Source: Sumerlaeia bacterium
GTDB taxonomy: Bacteria; Sumerlaeota; Sumerlaeia; SLMS01; JAHLLQ01
DNA length: 64,000 nucleotides
NCBI GenBank assembly: GCA_040219255.1
Contig: JAVJSW010000004.1
Location: forward strand, 32,001 to 96,000
Direction: 5' to 3'
Below, piece after piece: positions 59,131 to 64,000 of the stretch (its first letter is position 1; each line of letters starts with the position of its first letter). The notes under the pieces were generated by a model. It was not told the origin of the DNA, did no database searches, and was given only the letters and a program-made list of their open reading frames with translations. Made by a program: the position numbers and the translations under genes.

Positions 59131-60021
59131 TCAGGGCGCGTAGGCGCTCTTACCCGTCGAGGCGTCCTCGGCGGCGCTTTTCCCTTTCGTGGCTTGTTCG
59201 GCTTCTTTTTCCAGACTCAATTGGCGCAGTTCGAGCAGGCGTTGCATCTCTTGCGAGGAGACCTTGCCGATGGGCGTCAGGCCCGAGCGGCCGGATTTGC
59301 CGTCGTCGACCGGATCGAAGGCCCGCAGAGCCACAGCGTCGTCCTGCATTTTCGAGACCTGCACTTCGCCCACGGTCGGGATATGCCGGGTCACTTTGTC
59401 CGCGCCCTTGGTCGTGAGCACCTTGCTCAATTCCATCGCGAAGCGGTCGAGGGAGGGGGACTTGTCCGTGCTGGCCTTGTCGCCGCCGCGGGTCACGAGA
59501 GCCACCGGGCGCGTCATGGTCTTATCGGTTCCGGCGATGGGCGTTTCCACGTCCTGGCGGACGACGGTGAACTTGCCCTGCCAGCCGCCGACGAGTTTGG
59601 GCGATTTGACCAGAGGCGAGTCCTCGTCGACTTCCAAGGACTTGCCGGCTTTCAGCGCCCGCGCCTGCGGGTTGCTGGTGAAAAGGATCACTTCCTCGCC
59701 CACCGTGAACCGCGGGGTGGCGGTGGAGAAGGAGGCCAGTTGGCCCATGCGGCCTCCGGGCAGCGTCATCTCCAGCGTCGAGCCGGACTTGATGGCGCCC
59801 TTGTAGGACTCGACCACCTTGAAGTCGAAGTGGGTCACGATGAGGCCGCCGAGCATTTCCGCTTCGGCGTTCTCGACGGTGGCATGGACGATGTCCTCGG
59901 CCACGGCCGCCAGCTCCTCGACCGCCATGGGAACCACGGAAGCCGCCCGCGCGGGAGCCGACGCAAAGGCCAGGGCGAGAAGCGCGAGGAGGGAGAAGAG
60001 GGATGACTTGCGGATGTTCAT
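59131..60021 (-). CDS. Secreted protein with NTR/TIMP-like (matrixin-associated) N-terminal domain
   Basis: Signal peptide; EELAAVAEDIVHATV...VVESYKG...LPGG.MG...PRFTVGEEVILF. Confidence 0.65.
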   Translation of the reverse strand: MNIRKSSLFSLLALLALAFASAPARAASVVPMAVEELAAVAEDIVHATVENAEAEMLGGLIVTHFDFKVVESYKGAIKSGSTLEMTLPGGRMGQLASFSTATPRFTVGEEVILFTSNPQARALKAGKSLEVDEDSPLVKSPKLVGGWQGKFTVVRQDVETPIAGTDKTMTRPVALVTRGGDKASTDKSPSLDRFAMELSKVLTTKGADKVTRHIPTVGEVQVSKMQDDAVALRAFDPVDDGKSGRSGLTPIGKVSSQEMQRLLELRQLSLEKEAEQATKGKSAAEDASTGKSAYAP

Positions 60022-60050
60022 AGAGGTCAAGGCTCTCTTGGGGGTCGGGT

Positions 60051-60740
60051 CTAGAGTCGGTTGCAATCGCAGCGGGGCTGATCGAATTCGTCGTAGAGGA
60101 AGACTCTCATGGCCGGTTTCTGGCTTTGGAATCGGTAGATGTTGCCCTCGCTGACCGTGCCATTGGTCGGATCGTAGTCGAAGCGAAAGGATTGGGAGGA
60201 CAGCAAGGGGTCGCGAGGATAATCCCCCAACGACGATGGCTGGCCCATGATCCCATCCGGTCCGACAGACACGATGGCCCACTCATCAACACATTTCTCA
60301 ATGGAATTGATGATGAGGCGGTCCCAGTACTCGAGAACGTTGTGGGGAGGGGCAAGCTTAGTTTCGAAGGGGTCAATGGGGATTTGGCTCAGGTAGGAGA
60401 TGGGAGTGGTCAGACGGGCCAGGTCTTCGACCTTTTCCTCGGCCTCGCCCATATCGGCGGGCCGGTTCTGAGTTCTTCCCTCGGCGCAGGCGTCCATGTA
60501 GAGGATCAGGTTCTTTTCCGTCTGCCGGGGCGGGTATTGGCCGAAATCGACGTGATAGCTCTCCAGGGCGGTGGCCATGATGCGCTCGTCGTTGAGGACG
60601 CGGGCGACTTTGGCGCGGGTCTGGGCTTCCAGGAAATTGGGAACCGCGATGGACGCCAGGATGCTGATGATCGCCGTGACGATCAGCAGCTCGATCAACG
60701 TGAAGGCGCGGCGGCGGGGCGTGGTGGCTGCTGCGGTCAT
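60051..60740 (-). CDS. Type IV pilin / GspG-like pseudopilin
   Basis: RRRA|FTLIELLIV prepilin site, VPNFLEAQTRAKVAR, LTTPISYL...DPF, SVGPDG and YDPTNGTVSEG. Confidence 0.92.
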   Translation of the reverse strand: MTAAATTPRRRAFTLIELLIVTAIISILASIAVPNFLEAQTRAKVARVLNDERIMATALESYHVDFGQYPPRQTEKNLILYMDACAEGRTQNRPADMGEAEEKVEDLARLTTPISYLSQIPIDPFETKLAPPHNVLEYWDRLIINSIEKCVDEWAIVSVGPDGIMGQPSSLGDYPRDPLLSSQSFRFDYDPTNGTVSEGNIYRFQSQKPAMRVFLYDEFDQPRCDCNRL

Positions 60741-61054
60741 AAGAAAGCGGCGACTTTCTCCGTCTCCGGGTCGGGTCTCGGGCATTCGGGTCGTCATACC
60801 ATCAAGGAAGTCTGGGACGCCGCGGCGGGCCGTCACGAAAAAAAGCGGGCCTGAAAAAAACAGCTTCGGGGGCGGCGCAAACCGGTCGATCTCAAGGCAG
60901 ACGAGTCCCTTTCGCGGGCTATCAGGTCAAGCGCAAAGGGGCTTTGGGGGGGATGGCATTCGGGACTTGACGGTCTTGCCGGGCGTCGGCGCAGGTGAGC
61001 GCCAATGGTGGTGTTCCACCCAGCCCCCGCGATTTTCCGAGAGGAGTTTCCGCC

Positions 61055-61507
61055 TTGGCCGCAACCCGCACCCGCACTCCCCGTTCGACCTCGACGCCGC
61101 GCCGGGCCGCCTCTGGCGGCGGCCGGAGCAAGGGCGCCTCCACCAGCAAGCCCCGCGCCGCCAAGGCTTCAAGGAGCCGGGGCGGCGGCGTTCCCTTCTG
61201 GGTCCGGTGGGGATCGTAGGCGCTCCTGCTGGCGGCGGCGTTGATGGCGGGGTATCTTCTGCGGTCCTACGCGCCCTTGCCGCTGCCCGGCGATCCGCGC
61301 CTGTCGGGAATGGAAAGTCCGCTCTCCGACCCGCCGATGGTTTCCACCGCGGTGGAGAGTACGGCCCGCGACAGCCTGCGCCGCGCCGAACAGGCCGAGG
61401 GCGAAGTGCAGCGGCTGAAGAGCGAGCTGTACCAAGTGCAGGAACGTCAGGAACGCACGGAGGCGGAACTGGCGGACATCCAGTTGAAGGCGCTGCTGAG
61501 CGACTGA
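61055..61507 (+). pseudogene. Bitopic membrane protein (basic N-terminus, TM, coiled coil) interrupted by an in-frame TAG at 61217-61219
   Basis: ORFs 60995-61219 and 61241-61507 are in the same frame; TTG start with gaggag RBS; reads FWVRWGS*ALLLAAALMAGYLL. Confidence 0.7.
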
Positions 61508-61566
61508 CGCGGCGCATCAGCGCCCTATCGCACTTCGGACATACTGTTATAACTCACTTAGAGACT

Positions 61567-62094
61567 TCATCGGCGCACCGGGATTGGCGGGGCGCCTTCC
61601 GGTTCGGCGCGCTCGGCCTCACCGGGCACTTCGTCGCCGCGCAGGAAGTCCAGGCTGAGCCGGCCGGGGCCGAGAAGCGCCGGCACGAGCGCGGCGGAAA
61701 TCAGCACGAGGTTTCGGACAATGGAGTTCCAGCCGACCTTGCCCGATCCGAAGAGGGCGCCGAAGCAGCCGCAGTCCACGTCCTTGCCGCCGAGGAGGAC
61801 ATAGAGCAGGGCCACCAGGAAGATGGTGTAGATGGCGCCGCAGAGCCATGCGCTGGCGCGGGTCCAGAGGCCGTAGATCAGCATGAGGCCGACGATCAGC
61901 TCCGTCCAGGGCAGGGCGTAGGCCATGTAGGGGATGAGGGTTTCGGGGACGAGGCCGAAGGATTTCACGCTGAGCATGAACTTGTTCGGGTCTTGGATCT
62001 TGATGACGCCGGCGAGGAGGAAGGCTCCCCCGGCGATGAGGCGGGCGGTCATCAGGCCAGCATCCGCCATCCAGTGGTTCGGTCGCGGTTTCAT
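61567..62094 (-). CDS. MauE/DoxX family membrane protein
   Basis: ARLIAG..FL.AG..K..DP..F, LPWTEL, DCGCFG and RNL. Confidence 0.9.
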   Translation of the reverse strand: MKPRPNHWMADAGLMTARLIAGGAFLLAGVIKIQDPNKFMLSVKSFGLVPETLIPYMAYALPWTELIVGLMLIYGLWTRASAWLCGAIYTIFLVALLYVLLGGKDVDCGCFGALFGSGKVGWNSIVRNLVLISAALVPALLGPGRLSLDFLRGDEVPGEAERAEPEGAPPIPVRR

Positions 62095-62095
62095 G

Positions 62096-62701
62096 TTAGA
62101 AGAGGGGTTCTCCCTGATTGACGGGTAGGCCGGCGGCTTCCCAGGCGGGGAAGCCCCGTTCGAAAATACGGACGTCCTGGAAGCCGAGTTCGAGCATGAG
62201 GGAGGCGACATCGTGAGAGGCTTCGCAATCGCCGCCCTCGCAATAGACGACAATGGTGCGGTCCTTGGGCAGGATGTCGAGGGCCGGCGGGCGGCCGCCG
62301 GCGAGGAGTTCGCCGGCGGGGATGAGGAAGGCGTTGGGGATGTGGCCTTCGACGTATTGATCCCGGCGGCGAGAGTCGACGACATCGACCAACCCCTCGG
62401 CCATGGCCTGGCTAAGTTCCTGGGCGGTCATGCCGAGCCCGTCGTCCGGCTGGGCTTCGGGGACTGGGTTGGAAGCGGCTGGCGGTTCGGCGGGTTCATC
62501 TTCTGGGGCGGAGCCGCCGTGGGGTTCGGAGGGGGCCGGAGCATCATCCGGAGTCGGGGCCGGAGCCCGGCGGGTCAGATCACTCAAGTCCTTCTTGTCT
62601 GTCTGCTTGGGCATATCCAGGCCCCGGAGCAGTCCGTCGATTCCTGCGATGGAGCCGGCGAGGACGAGGATGAGGAGGATGCGAAAGAGGATTAATGCCA
62701 T
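62096..62701 (-). CDS. Membrane-anchored rhodanese domain protein
   Basis: VDSR...Y.EGHIPNA, VYCEGGDC.AS and GFPAWEAAGLP. Confidence 0.9.
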   Translation of the reverse strand: MALILFRILLILVLAGSIAGIDGLLRGLDMPKQTDKKDLSDLTRRAPAPTPDDAPAPSEPHGGSAPEDEPAEPPAASNPVPEAQPDDGLGMTAQELSQAMAEGLVDVVDSRRRDQYVEGHIPNAFLIPAGELLAGGRPPALDILPKDRTIVVYCEGGDCEASHDVASLMLELGFQDVRIFERGFPAWEAAGLPVNQGEPLF

Positions 62702-62865
62702 CCGAGCGGGTGCTCCCGTGTGGGTGGGTTGCGGCTGGGGGCCAGATGCGAAATCCTCGCCAGACCGCATGGCGGGGGCAATTCGCAAAAAAGACATGGG
62801 CGGGCGTAAAAGAATGCTTGCAACATGGGAAATTGTGGCCTAATCCGTTCCTAACGGTTTCACTC

Positions 62866-62885
62866 GTTCGAGCAAATGTTCGAAC
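62866..62885. promoter_or_regulatory. Palindromic operator resembling the GAAC-N4-GTTC LexA box
   Basis: gttcgagcaaatgttcgaac in a divergent intergenic region. Confidence 0.4.
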
Positions 62886-63008
62886 CACAAGGAGGACCCC
62901 CTTAGCGACCCACCGATTTTGCGAGATGTCTCGCAGTGGCCGGGCTCGGCACGCGCCGTTTGTGTCCCGGTGACTCTATCCTACCCCCCTTTCATGAGGT
63001 AACGGACT

Positions 63009-63419
63009 ATGCGCATTCCCCTCGAATTGACCTTCCGAGGCGTTGAAAAGACCCCGCGGCTCAAAGCCATGATCCACCGCAAGGTGGAAAAGTTGGCACA
63101 AGTCAACCCCCGCATCACGAGCTGTCACGTCGCCATCGAGCACCCCAACGAAGTCGCCACGGTTGGTAACGGCTACCGCATCCGCATCGAGGTTCGCATT
63201 CCGCCCAAGACGTCCATCGTGATCAAGGAGAGCGAGTGCCACGGCATCGCTCACGAGCGCCTGGAAGCCGCCATCCGCAAGACCTTCGACGCCGCCCGCG
63301 TCAAGATGGCGCGCGAATACCAGAAGCGCATCCGCCGCAGCCAGCACCCAGCCAAGGGCGACCGTTACAGCCATCTGACGCCGGAGGAGCCGGACGATAG
63401 CTATCGCGTGTCGATGTAG
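63009..63419 (+). CDS. hpf: HPF/RaiA family ribosome hibernation protein
   Basis: PLELTFRG...I.RKVEKL...ITSCHV.IE...AAIR..FDAA; gaggt RBS. Confidence 0.8.
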   Translation: MRIPLELTFRGVEKTPRLKAMIHRKVEKLAQVNPRITSCHVAIEHPNEVATVGNGYRIRIEVRIPPKTSIVIKESECHGIAHERLEAAIRKTFDAARVKMAREYQKRIRRSQHPAKGDRYSHLTPEEPDDSYRVSM

Positions 63420-63487
63420 GAGAGCGAGAGGCCCCGCCGTTCACCGGTGTGGCCTGCCGATCGGAAGTAGAAATCCAAGGACCTTTC

Positions 63488-63531
63488 GCCCCCGCCTTCG
63501 ACTCGTTCGAGGGCGGGGGCTTTGTCTTTTT
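63488..63531 (+). terminator. Intrinsic terminator
   Basis: gcccccgccttcga...tcgagggcgggggc followed by tttgtcttttt. Confidence 0.75.
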
Positions 63532-63748
63532 CGGGGGTGCAGAAGGTCCGGGGGGCGGAAGGGAGGTGCCGGGAATTGGTACGGATCTGGTCCCGTTTCA
63601 TCGGCGAGACCAGTCCGGCGGCTGACTTTTCAGGACTTGCTGACCGTTGTGGTGCTAGCCCGCAACGAAATCCCCCCGCAAGCCGTCACGTCCGCGCGAC
63701 AGGTCTCGCATTCCGACACCCTATTTCCCTCGAAGGAGACCCTTATCG

Positions 63749-63988
63749 ATGGCTAGCAAGGACGAACGGCTCGCGCTGAATGTGGCGGGAGCGTACTATG
63801 TGGATGAAAGTTGCGTGGATTGCGGCGCGTGCCCGGCGACGGCGCCGGGGAATTTCCGCCGGTGCGATGACACGGGAACCAGCTATGTGTACCGGCAGCC
63901 GGAGACGGAGTTGGAGCGGTCGCTCTGCCGCGAGGCGCTGGAAGGTTGCCCGACGGAGTCTATCGGAGACAATGGCGATGAGACATAA
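63749..63988 (+). CDS. Single-cluster ferredoxin
   Basis: YYVDESCVDCGACPATAP...CPTESIG; aaggag RBS. Confidence 0.9.
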   Translation: MASKDERLALNVAGAYYVDESCVDCGACPATAPGNFRRCDDTGTSYVYRQPETELERSLCREALEGCPTESIGDNGDET

Positions 63989-64000
63989 CTGTCGCCATGT

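Noticed and set aside
51520-60006. Long plus-strand ORFs (741, 867, 427 and 610 aa)
   Set aside because: Antisense shadows of the giant surface protein and its neighbour, with no motifs.
61217-61219. Genome-wide TAG reassignment
   Set aside because: The rhomboid gene, aroA, mscS, murA, cinA and hpf all end at TAG where a stop is plausible.
62945-62965. Sigma-54 promoter upstream of hpf (ggcacg...ttg)
   Set aside because: The -12 GC element and GG-N10-GC spacing are not satisfied.
63985-63997. 13-nt match (ataactgtcgcca) to the tmRNA resume region around 11356-11368
   Set aside because: Short and plausible by chance; it is not the tmRNA 3' end used as an att site, and no integrase is nearby.

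Overview
GC-rich chromosomal window with no CRISPR array, integrase, transposase or prophage detected. Several protein families suggest Candidatus Sumerlaeota (BRC1) or a related lineage, but this is inference from recalled family features, not a database result. Housekeeping content includes aroA, pheS/pheT, ychF, cinA, glgC, mscL, murA, recO, hemA/hemL, hpf, tmRNA and tRNA-Asn, interleaved with secreted carbohydrate-active and surface proteins. The main candidate for an undescribed system is a ~12 kb minus-strand cluster (48578-60740). It encodes a GspG-like pseudopilin, a stand-alone NTR/TIMP-like protein, a ~2480-aa acidic TSP3/FG-GAP surface protein whose matrixin domain has lost its zinc motif, and a degenerate S8/S53-like protein. 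Other notable signals are a shared C-terminal V-x(2-3)-W-x-x-[YF] tail on two secreted proteins, and two tandem low-GC membrane genes sharing a 45-bp GC-rich 5' head. The tmRNA carries three tandem GANAGA-loop hairpins and has a possible structured RNA just upstream. Three genes have single-base lesions that may be assembly errors. Start codons were chosen by eye.
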